A stretch of DNA of 20,000 bases. Source: an uncultured virus (IMG/VR IMGVR_UViG_3300017749_000003). Lineage: Duplodnaviria > Heunggongvirae > Uroviricota > Caudoviricetes. Shown piece by piece: positions 7,624 to 16,603 of this stretch. The notes below the pieces were generated by a model. It was not told the DNA's origin, made no database searches, and was given only the letters and a program-made list of their open reading frames with translations. Location: the IMG/VR virus record IMGVR_UViG_3300017749_000003; one strand, given 5' to 3'. Within the stretch, counting starts at the first letter, position 1. The number at the start of each line of letters is the position of its first letter. The position numbers and the translations under genes are program-made.

Positions 7624-9079
7624 TTTAATTATTGAAAAGTGTAATGAAGTATATCTCAAAATTACTACTGAACCACACATAGAATACGAATTACGAGATC
7701 ACTTCAAATTTGAAGTTCCTGGGGCAAAATTTATGCCTCAGTATCGTAAGAGAAATTGGAATGGTGAGATACACTTATTTGATCTGAGGACCAAAAGACT
7801 TTACATAGGTCTATTACATAGACTTGTAGAATTTTGTAGCAATTATAATTACACATATGAGTTTGTAACAAATAAGTACTATGGAAAACCCTTTGAAGTT
7901 AATAAGGAGATTAGTTTAGAAGGAGTTAAAGATTACCTTGCTTCGATAACTGCATTGACCCCAAGAAATTATCAGATTGAAGCAGTTCATGATGCATTAA
8001 AATATAACAGAAAGATTCTGTTAAGTCCAACTGCGTCAGGAAAAAGTCTGATGATTTACGCTGTCGTGAGATATCATGTGGATAGGAAACGAAAAATTCT
8101 CGTAGTCGTACCAACGACCAGTCTAGTAGATCAACTCGTCTCGGATTTTCGGGATTATGGATGGAATTCAGATTCATATTGTCATAAGATATATGCAGGA
8201 TGTGAGAAAGAAACAGATCTTCCTGTCACAGTTACAACATGGCAGTCTATTTATAAATTAGAACGTAGTTATTTTGAAGATTTTGATGTAGTAATTGGTG
8301 ATGAGGCTCACTTATTTAAAAGCAAGTCTCTTATTACAATTATGAATCATCTCCATCATACAAAATATAGATATGGATTTACAGGAACACTTGATGGAAC
8401 ACAGACACATAAGTGGGTATTGGAAGGATTGTTTGGACCATGCTACAGAGTAACACGTACATCTGAGTTAATGGAGAAAGGTCATGTATCAGACCTGGAG
8501 ATTAGATGTCTTATATTGAAACATACTCCAAAAAAATTTGATACTTATGAAGATGAAATACAATACCTAATTGGTCATGAAAAGAGAAATAAATTTATAT
8601 TAAATCTCGCAAAAGGATTGGAAGGTAATACTTTGATTCTTTATAGTCGGGTTGCCGCACATGGTGAACCTCTTTTTGAAAAGATAAATAGTTCCGTAAG
8701 TGAAGGACGAAAAGTATTTTTTGTCCATGGTGGAGTTGACTCTGAGGAAAGAGAGGAAGTTCGACGAATAACTGAGGATGAAAGTAGTGCGATCATAGTA
8801 GCATCATATGGAACTTTCTCAACGGGAATTAACATTAGAAATCTTCATAATGTTATTTTTGCTAGTCCGTCTAAATCAAGAATCCGCAATCTACAATCGA
8901 TCGGAAGAGTTTTAAGGAAAGGTAAAAATAAAACAAAAGCAACTCTATACGATATAGCAGACGACTGTACAATTAGAAGTTTAAAAAACTATACACTCAA
9001 TCACTTAATCGAAAGAATTAAAATCTATAATCAAGAAAATTTTAATTATGATATTATAAACATCGATTTAAAAGATTAA
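7616..9079 (+). CDS. uvsW: SF2 DNA/RNA helicase UvsW
   Basis: Walker A SPTASGKS, DEAH box, GFTGTL, STGINI and QSIGRVLR motifs. Confidence 0.96.
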   Translation: MANLIIEKCNEVYLKITTEPHIEYELRDHFKFEVPGAKFMPQYRKRNWNGEIHLFDLRTKRLYIGLLHRLVEFCSNYNYTYEFVTNKYYGKPFEVNKEISLEGVKDYLASITALTPRNYQIEAVHDALKYNRKILLSPTASGKSLMIYAVVRYHVDRKRKILVVVPTTSLVDQLVSDFRDYGWNSDSYCHKIYAGCEKETDLPVTVTTWQSIYKLERSYFEDFDVVIGDEAHLFKSKSLITIMNHLHHTKYRYGFTGTLDGTQTHKWVLEGLFGPCYRVTRTSELMEKGHVSDLEIRCLILKHTPKKFDTYEDEIQYLIGHEKRNKFILNLAKGLEGNTLILYSRVAAHGEPLFEKINSSVSEGRKVFFVHGGVDSEEREEVRRITEDESSAIIVASYGTFSTGINIRNLHNVIFASPSKSRIRNLQSIGRVLRKGKNKTKATLYDIADDCTIRSLKNYTLNHLIERIKIYNQENFNYDIINIDLKD

Positions 9080-9459
9080 TGGAAGAAGAATTTTATGCAA
9101 CGATAAAACTAAAAAATACTGAGGAGATATTCTCTAAGGTATCACCTTCTAACGAAGGTGATAAAACATTCCTCATGTTATTAGATCCAGTTACGATTGA
9201 TGAAATTTTAATTAGAGGTCAAGCATGTTATAAAATAGATCCTTGGTTAAAAACATCATCATCTGATATGATCATAATCAATATGGAAGATGTCCTAACA
9301 ATTATAGAATGTAATGACAATCATACAATTAAAATGTATAAGTCTTTTTGTAGAAAATCAAAAGATGATCATCAAAAACATAATCTAAGTAGAAAAATGG
9401 GATATCTATCGTCAGTAGATGATACTCGAAAGTACTTAGAAAATCTATTTAAAAGTTAG
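9079..9459 (+). CDS. Hypothetical protein between uvsW and g55
   Basis: 126 aa with a TAATG overlap to uvsW; FYATIKL...EEIFSKV and MGYLSSV..TRKYLE resemble the protein I recall at this position in cyanomyoviruses. Confidence 0.8.
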   Translation: MEEEFYATIKLKNTEEIFSKVSPSNEGDKTFLMLLDPVTIDEILIRGQACYKIDPWLKTSSSDMIIINMEDVLTIIECNDNHTIKMYKSFCRKSKDDHQKHNLSRKMGYLSSVDDTRKYLENLFKS

Positions 9460-9490
9460 CTAAAGCGTTCCTATCAACCTCAACAGAGAT

Positions 9491-9519
9491 ATTCTACACA
9501 TGGTTTACACATTTGTCAA
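9491..9519 (-). promoter_or_regulatory. Antisense sigma70-type promoter (TTGACA-17 nt-TAGAAT)
   Basis: Plus-strand TGTCAA at 9514..9519 and ATTCTA at 9491..9496, with a 17-nt spacer. Confidence 0.6.
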
Positions 9520-9532
9520 GCTATGGTAGAAT
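9504..9532 (+). promoter_or_regulatory. Sigma70-type promoter for g55 (TTTACA-17 nt-TAGAAT, extended -10 TGn)
   Basis: TTTACA at 9504..9509, TG at 9524..9525 and TAGAAT at 9527..9532. Confidence 0.7.
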
Positions 9533-9563
9533 GAGTACATACTGAATTACTGGTAATAATGAA

Positions 9564-10061
9564 ATGCCTAAAAGAAAACAATCGGAACATTATGTAAATA
9601 ATAGAGATTTCCTAGATGCAATTGTAGAATACAAAAAAGCACGTGAAGCAGCCGCAGAGGCAGGTGAACCAAGACCTAGGATCACAAATTATCTTGGTGA
9701 ATGCTTTCTTAAGATTGCAACTCATTTATCATATAAACCAAACTTTGTCAACTACATCTTTAAAGATGATATGATCTCTGATGGAGTAGAAAACTGTATT
9801 CAGTACATTCACAATTTCAATCCAGAGAAATCTACAAATCCTTTTGCATACTTCACACAGATTATTCACTACGCATTCTTGAGACGTATTCAAAAAGAAA
9901 AGAAGCAGTTAGATATTAAAAATAAGATCTTAGAAAAGACTGGATATGATCAGGTGTTTGTGAATGACAACACTGTTGACAACTCCAACTATTCGGACTA
10001 TAATAGCATCAAAGATGCTGTCTATTCTAAACTTAGAGGAATGGGTTCAAATAACGTATGA
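9564..10061 (+). CDS. g55: Late-transcription sigma factor gp55
   Basis: HYVNN..FL, YLGECFLKIATHLSYKPNFVNY and NFNPEKSTNPFAYFTQIIHYAFLRRIQKEKKQ motifs. Confidence 0.97.
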   Translation: MPKRKQSEHYVNNRDFLDAIVEYKKAREAAAEAGEPRPRITNYLGECFLKIATHLSYKPNFVNYIFKDDMISDGVENCIQYIHNFNPEKSTNPFAYFTQIIHYAFLRRIQKEKKQLDIKNKILEKTGYDQVFVNDNTVDNSNYSDYNSIKDAVYSKLRGMGSNNV

Positions 10062-11107
10062 AGATTGCCCTCATCACAGATCAACACTTTGGAGCACGTA
10101 AGAATTCAAAACTCTTTCACGACTTTTTTCTGAAGTTCTATAATAATGTATTCTTTCCTTATCTAAAAGAGGAAGGAATTACTACGATTGTTGATATGGG
10201 TGATACCTTTGATAACAGAACTGGTATTAATTTTAGTTCACTTAAGTGGGCAAAGGATAATTACTACGATGTTTTAGAAAGTATGGGATGTAAAATTCAT
10301 ACCATAGTAGGAAATCATACTGCATTCTATAAGAATACTAATAATGTGAATGCAGTAGATCTTTTACTTCGTGAATATAAAAATGTTGAAGTCTATTCAG
10401 AACCATCTGAGGTTACTATCGATGGTCTAAAGATAGCATTCATTCCATGGATTAATAAAGAAAATGAAGAAACCACTTTTAAACTTCTTAAAAAGACTGA
10501 TAGCAAGATTGCGATGGGGCACCTTGAACTCCGAGGATTTGCTGCTAATAAACAGTGCATCATGGAGCATGGTCATGAGAGCAAGTTATTTGAGAAGTTC
10601 ACCAAAGTCTTCTCTGGTCACTACCACACTAGATCGAATGATAGGAACATCCACTACACAGGAAACGCATACGAAATCTACTGGAACGATGTAAATGATG
10701 TACGTGGATTTACAATATTCGATACAGAAACTTTAGAACATACTTTTGTTAATAACCCTTATAGTATTTTTCATCATGTTTACTATGAAGATACTGACTA
10801 TAAGACATTTGACTTTTCAAAGTATCGTGATATGATTGTAAAGATCATCGTCAGAAAAAAGAGTAACAACAAAAACTTTGAAAAGTTTATTGATAAGTTC
10901 TATACTGCAAATGTTGCAGATCTAAAAATTATAGAAAGTCAAGACTTTAATGGGTGGTATTCAAAAGATCAAATCGAAGAGATTGAATCTGAGAACACTT
11001 TAAGTTTGTTAAATAAGTACATACAAGAGTCTGAGATTGACTTAGATAAATCAGAGTTATCTAAAATTATCGCAGAGGTGTATCAGGAAGCTTGCGAAAT
11101 GATCTAG
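10058..11107 (+). CDS. g47: Recombination endonuclease subunit gp47 (Mre11/SbcD-like)
   Basis: Metallophosphoesterase motifs ITDQHFG, MGDTFD, VGNH, GHLE and FSGHYH. Confidence 0.96.
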   Translation: MKIALITDQHFGARKNSKLFHDFFLKFYNNVFFPYLKEEGITTIVDMGDTFDNRTGINFSSLKWAKDNYYDVLESMGCKIHTIVGNHTAFYKNTNNVNAVDLLLREYKNVEVYSEPSEVTIDGLKIAFIPWINKENEETTFKLLKKTDSKIAMGHLELRGFAANKQCIMEHGHESKLFEKFTKVFSGHYHTRSNDRNIHYTGNAYEIYWNDVNDVRGFTIFDTETLEHTFVNNPYSIFHHVYYEDTDYKTFDFSKYRDMIVKIIVRKKSNNKNFEKFIDKFYTANVADLKIIESQDFNGWYSKDQIEEIESENTLSLLNKYIQESEIDLDKSELSKIIAEVYQEACEMI

Positions 11108-11108
11108 C

Positions 11109-11378
11109 ATGTATATCGTAGTAATTGACGGAGAAGAAGACAGAGGTGCATATTCTGTAGCAGACGATAATGGTGAAAATGTTCTATACATTTGGGAAAA
11201 TGATGATGATGTTGAACGTTTTATTATGATGTTAGAAGAAAGTGGTTCTCCGAAAATGAAATCCGTGGAAGTTGAAGAAGAGTTGTTATTTGAAACATGT
11301 AGTCAACATGGATACATGTATGCTATTATTGGTAGTGATGAGTTAGTAGTTCCACCTGAAGAACATGATTTATTTTAA
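11109..11378 (+). CDS. Small acidic protein, DUF3110-like
   Basis: The pattern GAYSV...VLYIWE..DD..RF..MLE....P....VE......C...GY.Y......VVPP resembles cyanobacterial DUF3110 proteins (from recall, not searched). Confidence 0.7.
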   Translation: MYIVVIDGEEDRGAYSVADDNGENVLYIWENDDDVERFIMMLEESGSPKMKSVEVEEELLFETCSQHGYMYAIIGSDELVVPPEEHDLF

Positions 11379-13080
11379 AAAAATTAGTTGGAAAAACTTT
11401 CTCTCAACTGGTAATCAATTTACCGAAGTCCAACTTGATGATTGTCAGAATAGTTTAATTATAGGAACAAACGGTGCAGGAAAGTCAACTATCCTTGATG
11501 CACTGACTTTTGTTTTGTTTGGAAAATCATTTCGTAAGATTAATAAACCACAACTCATTAACACTACGAATGAAAAGGATTGTGTTGTAAATATTGATTT
11601 TAGGATTGGATCAGTAGAGTGGAGCATTGTTCGTGGCATTAAACCAAATGTCTTTGAGATTTATCGTGACGGAACACTTCTAGATCAAGCAGCATCTGCT
11701 AATGATCAGCAAAAATATCTTGAGCAAAGTATTCTCAAGATGAACTATAAGTCTTTTACTCAGATCGTAATTCTAGGTAGCAGTAATTTTACACCGTTTA
11801 TGCAACTGCCAGCATCAGGTAGACGGGAAGTTATTGAAGATATCCTAGACATCAAAGTTTTTTCTACGATGAATAACATCATCAAAGATCAACTTAGGGG
11901 ATATAGGGAAGATGTTAAAGTATTAAATCTGAAGAAAGAATCTTTTACTGATAAAGTCAGAATGCAAGAAAACTTTATTAGTGAACTTGATAATCTTGAT
12001 AAAGATATAATCAATAAACACAACAATAAAATTTCTCAACTCAATAGTGATATTGGGAATCTTAATAGAGACACTTCTATATTTGAAGAGGATGTGTTTC
12101 GTTACACAAAAGAACTTGAAAGTGTGCAAGATGCGAAAAGTAAAATTCGTAAACTTGGAAACTTGAAAGGTAAAATCTCACAGAAGATGGATACTATCAA
12201 ACGTGAGAAGAATTTCTTTTCAGATAATCTCACATGTCCTACGTGTGAGCAAACTATAGAAGAGTCTTTTCGTGTTAAAAGACTTAAAAATACTAATAAC
12301 AAAATAACCGAATTGGAGAGTGGGTATGATCAACTTATTGAAACTATCAAGTCTGAAGAATTTCGTGAGAAAATTTTTGACAATATTTCAAAATCTATTA
12401 TGGAGTCCCAAAGTAAGATTAGTTCCAATAGTGCAAAAATCTCGTCACTACAAAGTCAAGTAACTAGTCTAAACTTTGAGATTAAAACTTTAAACGATCA
12501 GTCGGCAAATAAGACTGAAGAAAAGGAAAAGTTAACCACATACAAAAATAATCTCGAAACCGTATTTGATAGTCTAAGTGAGAATAGGGATAAAATTGTT
12601 AGACATGATTTCCTACATGAACTTCTAAAGGATAGTGGAGTTAAGTCGAAGATTATTGAAAAGTATCTTCCACTCATAAATCAGCAGGTAGCAAAGTATC
12701 TGCAGATGATGGAGTTCTACATTAACTTCAAACTAGATGAAGAGTTTAATGAATCTGTAGAGTCACCAATTCATGAAGACTTTTCTTATTCTTCATTCTC
12801 TGAAGGTGAGAAGCAACGTATTGACCTAGCATTATTGTTTACTTGGAGAGAAGTTGCTAAGATTAAAAACTCTACTAGTACTAATCTTTTGATTATGGAT
12901 GAAATTTTTGACTCATCACTTGATGGATTTGGTACAGATGAGTTTCTTAAAATTATTCGATTTGTAATTAAAGATGCTAACATCTTTGTTATTTCTCACA
13001 AAGAATCTCTACATGATAAGTTTGATAGAGTCATTAAATTTGAAAAGAGAAAGAATTTTTCGCAGATAGTTGAATCATGA
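11365..13080 (+). CDS. g46: Recombination endonuclease ATPase subunit gp46 (Rad50/SbcC-like)
   Basis: Walker A GTNGAGKST, zinc hook CPTC, signature FSEGEKQRIDL, Walker B LIMDEIFD and VISH. Confidence 0.97.
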   Translation: MIYFKKISWKNFLSTGNQFTEVQLDDCQNSLIIGTNGAGKSTILDALTFVLFGKSFRKINKPQLINTTNEKDCVVNIDFRIGSVEWSIVRGIKPNVFEIYRDGTLLDQAASANDQQKYLEQSILKMNYKSFTQIVILGSSNFTPFMQLPASGRREVIEDILDIKVFSTMNNIIKDQLRGYREDVKVLNLKKESFTDKVRMQENFISELDNLDKDIINKHNNKISQLNSDIGNLNRDTSIFEEDVFRYTKELESVQDAKSKIRKLGNLKGKISQKMDTIKREKNFFSDNLTCPTCEQTIEESFRVKRLKNTNNKITELESGYDQLIETIKSEEFREKIFDNISKSIMESQSKISSNSAKISSLQSQVTSLNFEIKTLNDQSANKTEEKEKLTTYKNNLETVFDSLSENRDKIVRHDFLHELLKDSGVKSKIIEKYLPLINQQVAKYLQMMEFYINFKLDEEFNESVESPIHEDFSYSSFSEGEKQRIDLALLFTWREVAKIKNSTSTNLLIMDEIFDSSLDGFGTDEFLKIIRFVIKDANIFVISHKESLHDKFDRVIKFEKRKNFSQIVES

Positions 13081-13922
13081 AATTTATAACTCTAGCAGGA
13101 CTACCTAGAAGTGGATCAACTCTTCTAGGTAGTCTTTTGCAACAACATCCAGATATGACTGTGGAGATGGATTCTTGCTTGTCGATTATTCTGACGAATA
13201 TCTCTCAGCATTCTGAAAAGGTATATACCGAAACTCAGCATACAATGAAAGAGATGAAGTTCTTATACAACTCTTTCATGCGAGCAGGAATATCATCTTG
13301 GTTACAAAATTTGTGTGATACTAATATCTACGTTGATAAAGATAGAAGTTGGGCAGTAGATTTTGATCTTCTTTTTAATCTTGTCCCATCTGCAAAGGTA
13401 ATTTATCTTGTTCGAGATTTGCGTGGAGTTATTTCATCCATGGAAAAACTTGAGACTGAAGATAGAATTATGGGACCTTCTACAGAAGAACTTTACCCTT
13501 TTGATTCTAGAGAAGAGTTTAATGATGTCGATCTGATGGATAGGAGAATTGAATCATATATGCAGCAAGACATGATTCATACTCCTCTTTTTGCATTGAA
13601 AGAAATTTTAGATTGTGAACGAAAATATCTAAAGAACTTTAAGTTTGTTAGATATGAAGACTTTATGGAAAATCCTCAAAAAGTATTAACTAGCATTTAT
13701 GACTTTATCGGTGCTGATGATTACGAGAATGATTTGAATGATGTAAGACAAGGGCATTATAATGATTCGATATATGCACCTTGGGGTGATCATACGATAC
13801 GCCCTAAGGTAGTTTCTAAAAAAGAAACCTATGAGTTTCCGTTGATAAAACGGAAATCTCAAAACAAAATGCTAAGAGACTATTCTTGGTATTATCAATT
13901 TCTATATCCAAATCTAAAATAA
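13077..13922 (+). CDS. PAPS-dependent sulfotransferase family protein
   Basis: 5'-PSB loop LAGLPRSGSTLL, 3'-PB motif IYLVRDLRGVISS, and VRYEDFMENPQKVL..IYDFIG. Confidence 0.85.
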   Translation: MKFITLAGLPRSGSTLLGSLLQQHPDMTVEMDSCLSIILTNISQHSEKVYTETQHTMKEMKFLYNSFMRAGISSWLQNLCDTNIYVDKDRSWAVDFDLLFNLVPSAKVIYLVRDLRGVISSMEKLETEDRIMGPSTEELYPFDSREEFNDVDLMDRRIESYMQQDMIHTPLFALKEILDCERKYLKNFKFVRYEDFMENPQKVLTSIYDFIGADDYENDLNDVRQGHYNDSIYAPWGDHTIRPKVVSKKETYEFPLIKRKSQNKMLRDYSWYYQFLYPNLK

Positions 13923-13935
13923 TACGAACCATAAA

Positions 13936-14256
13936 ATGCCAAAAAGAACAAGAAAAACTAAAGTCCTAGCCAGAATGCAATGGTTGACCAATTATAAAAC
14001 TGGAAAACCTTGTCAAGATTGTGGAAAAACATATGATCCAATTTGTATGGATTTTCATCATGAGCAACCAGAATTGAAAAAAGATGAAATTCGTATGTTG
14101 CTCCGAGATGGATACTCTATGGAGATTGTCCAAGCAGAAATTGACAAATGTGTCTTGATCTGTTCCAATTGCCATAGACTTAGACATAAGGACGACCCTG
14201 TGACGGTTTATAAAGTGGCACAAAGATCGCAGTCTAAGGCCGTGTTGCCTCTATAA
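13936..14256 (+). CDS. Small HNH endonuclease-like protein
   Basis: CQDC...MDFHH...KCVLICSNCHRLRH, a zinc-binding HNH arrangement. Confidence 0.8.
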   Translation: MPKRTRKTKVLARMQWLTNYKTGKPCQDCGKTYDPICMDFHHEQPELKKDEIRMLLRDGYSMEIVQAEIDKCVLICSNCHRLRHKDDPVTVYKVAQRSQSKAVLPL

Positions 14257-14257
14257 T
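14200..14257 (+). promoter_or_regulatory. Palindromic operator-like box plus -10 TATAAT (copy 1)
   Basis: GTGACGGTTTATAAAGTGGCAC at 14200..14221, then 30 nt, then TATAAT at 14252..14257; no recognisable -35. Confidence 0.65.
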
Positions 14258-14280
14258 AGGTACATCTAAGACAAACACGC

Positions 14281-16416
14281 ATGTCCATCAACTTTGAAGT
14301 GAAGAGTCAACTTGCTAAACTTCTTGCTATGGAAGATTTGGTGGTTGAGCATCGTCATGTTGAGACTGCAATGTTCAATGTACACACTCGGGTTCTGACA
14401 CTTCCTATGTGGAAGAAAGCATCTGAGTGTGTTTTTGATATGTTGGTTGCTCATGAAGTTGGACATGCTCTCTTCACTCCTGATGAATGGGATTGGGATA
14501 CTCCCAAACAGTTTGTCAATGTTGTAGAAGATGCTAGAATTGAGAAACTTATGAAACGCAAGTATGCAGGACTTGCTAAAACATTTTATCGTGGTTATGG
14601 AGAACTTTCTGAGGAAGATTTCTTTGCACTAGAGAATGAAGATATTCCTTCAATGAATCTTGCAGATCGTGCGAATCTTTACTTCAAGATTGGTAACTAT
14701 GTAAATATTCCTGTTCACAATCCAGAAGAAAGTCGTTTGATCAAAGCAATTTCTGATTGCGAGACTTTTGCTGATGTTCTGGTTGTTGCCGAAGAACTAT
14801 ACAACTATTGTAAGAAAAAGCAAGAGGAAGACTTGAGTGAGGTCTCCCTTGCTCCTACTCAAGGATCTTCAAATTCTGCTGAGAATCAAAATACTTCTGA
14901 TTCTAGTGATGGTGAACTAGACACAGAATCAACCGAGTCTTCTGAAGGTGAATCTGGTGAAGATTCTATGCCAGAGATTGCATCATCATCATCTGGTGGT
15001 GGATCTTCTAGTCTTGATGTAAAAACTGCAGAGAATCTTGAAGATTCTATCAGTGATCTTATTGATGATCGTGGAGCAGATAATCCATATAGTGAATTGA
15101 CCTATTTAAATATTCCAGATTTGGATCTGAAAACAGTAATCTCATCTAATTCTGATATTCATAATCATATCGATACCTTTTGGTCTAACTATGAAACTGA
15201 TGGTGGAGACCTAAACCATTTTGATTGGGCAGACACTTCATACTCAGACTTTAAAAAATCAGCACAGAAAGAAGTAAACTATCTTGTTAAAGAATTTGAA
15301 TGCCGTAAGTCTGCTGCTGCATATGCTCGTGCCGCCGTATCCAAGACTGGTGTGCTTGATACATCTAAACTCCACACCTATAAGTACAATGAAGACATTT
15401 TCAAGAAAGTAACTGTTCTTCCTGATGGAAAGAATCATGGTCTTTTATTTGTTCTTGACTGGTCTGGTTCTATGGGAACCGTTATGCTTGATACTATGAA
15501 GCAATTGTTTAATCTAATTTGGTTCTGTCGTAAAGTATCAATTCCGTTTGATGTATATGCATTTACTAATGAGTTCAGATGTGGAGTTTACGATGATACA
15601 GGTAAACTAGTCTATCCAGAACCTCATTATGAAAAGGAAGATGGATTGCTTCTAGTTCCTGATGTCTTCTCGATGATGAATATTCTTACAAGTAATGTAA
15701 GTAATCGTATTCTTGATAAGCAAATGCACACTATGTTCCGAATTGCATTCGCACAAACTAAATACGTTGGATATCCGATTCCTATTCGTATGGGTCTATC
15801 TGGAACTCCTTTGAATGAAGCACTCATTTCTCTGCATAAAATTATTCCCAATTTCAAGAGACAATATTCTCTAGAAAAGGTACAGTGTATTGTTTTGACA
15901 GACGGTGAAGCAGCACCTTGTAGTCGTCATGTTGAGATTGATTATCCAAATCAGGAACTACGAATTGGAACTGCACGTCTTAATGCCAATTGTTATATTC
16001 GTGATCGTAAGATTGGTACAACTTACAAAGTTACTAACTATCATGAATCAGCATATGTTTCATTCACTAATTTGATGCTGACTAATCTTAAAGATACTTT
16101 TCCAAATACAAATTTTGTGGGTATTCGTGTTCTTTCAAAAGGTGAATCTGGATCTTTCATTCGTCTTCATGGAAGTTCTTGGGAGGAAATTGAAATTATG
16201 AAAACTATATGGAAGAAAGAACGTTGCGTTATGATTAAAAATTCTGGTTATGATACATATATCGGACTTGCTAGTTCTAATCTTGCTAGTCAAACAGACT
16301 TTGAAGTAGATGATGGTGCAACAAAGGCAAAGATTAAATCTGCTTTTGTCAAATCCCTTAAGACTAAAAAATCGAATAAGAAAGTTCTTAATGAGTTTGT
16401 TTCCTTAATCGCATGA
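14281..16416 (+). CDS. HExxH metallopeptidase-like N-domain, acidic linker and vWA domain (CobT-like partner of a MoxR AAA+)
   Basis: AHEVGHAL...NVVEDARIE; S/E/G-rich linker; MIDAS residues in LDWSGSM, SGTPLNE and LTDGE. Confidence 0.88.
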   Translation: MSINFEVKSQLAKLLAMEDLVVEHRHVETAMFNVHTRVLTLPMWKKASECVFDMLVAHEVGHALFTPDEWDWDTPKQFVNVVEDARIEKLMKRKYAGLAKTFYRGYGELSEEDFFALENEDIPSMNLADRANLYFKIGNYVNIPVHNPEESRLIKAISDCETFADVLVVAEELYNYCKKKQEEDLSEVSLAPTQGSSNSAENQNTSDSSDGELDTESTESSEGESGEDSMPEIASSSSGGGSSSLDVKTAENLEDSISDLIDDRGADNPYSELTYLNIPDLDLKTVISSNSDIHNHIDTFWSNYETDGGDLNHFDWADTSYSDFKKSAQKEVNYLVKEFECRKSAAAYARAAVSKTGVLDTSKLHTYKYNEDIFKKVTVLPDGKNHGLLFVLDWSGSMGTVMLDTMKQLFNLIWFCRKVSIPFDVYAFTNEFRCGVYDDTGKLVYPEPHYEKEDGLLLVPDVFSMMNILTSNVSNRILDKQMHTMFRIAFAQTKYVGYPIPIRMGLSGTPLNEALISLHKIIPNFKRQYSLEKVQCIVLTDGEAAPCSRHVEIDYPNQELRIGTARLNANCYIRDRKIGTTYKVTNYHESAYVSFTNLMLTNLKDTFPNTNFVGIRVLSKGESGSFIRLHGSSWEEIEIMKTIWKKERCVMIKNSGYDTYIGLASSNLASQTDFEVDDGATKAKIKSAFVKSLKTKKSNKKVLNEFVSLIA

Positions 16417-16580
16417 CTAACAGATCTTGTCCTTATTGTGGTAAATTTGACACACTCTGTGCTGATGTCACTAGTCTTTCTAGGGCATGGGCACGGAGTG
16501 CCTGTATGTTAAAACATAAAGGAGTACCACTTTCCAAACTGTCCTCTGATGGGCACAACCCTCCTGGTTCTATACTATAA
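16413..16580 (+). CDS. Cys-rich micro-protein (55 aa), possible zinc binder
   Basis: MTNRSCPYCGKFDTLCADVTSLSRAWARSACMLKHKGVPLSKLSSDGHNPPGSIL, with an ATGA overlap to the upstream stop. Confidence 0.55.
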   Translation: MTNRSCPYCGKFDTLCADVTSLSRAWARSACMLKHKGVPLSKLSSDGHNPPGSIL

Positions 16581-16581
16581 T
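16524..16581 (+). promoter_or_regulatory. Palindromic operator-like box plus -10 TATAAT (copy 2)
   Basis: GTACCACTTTCCAAACTGTCCT at 16524..16545, then 30 nt, then TATAAT at 16576..16581; no recognisable -35. Confidence 0.65.
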
Positions 16582-16603
16582 AACTTCAGTTCAAAAGAAA
16601 CAC

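Noticed and set aside
13991..14016. Minus-strand TTGACA and TATAAT inside the HNH gene
   Set aside because: The spacer is only 14 nt.
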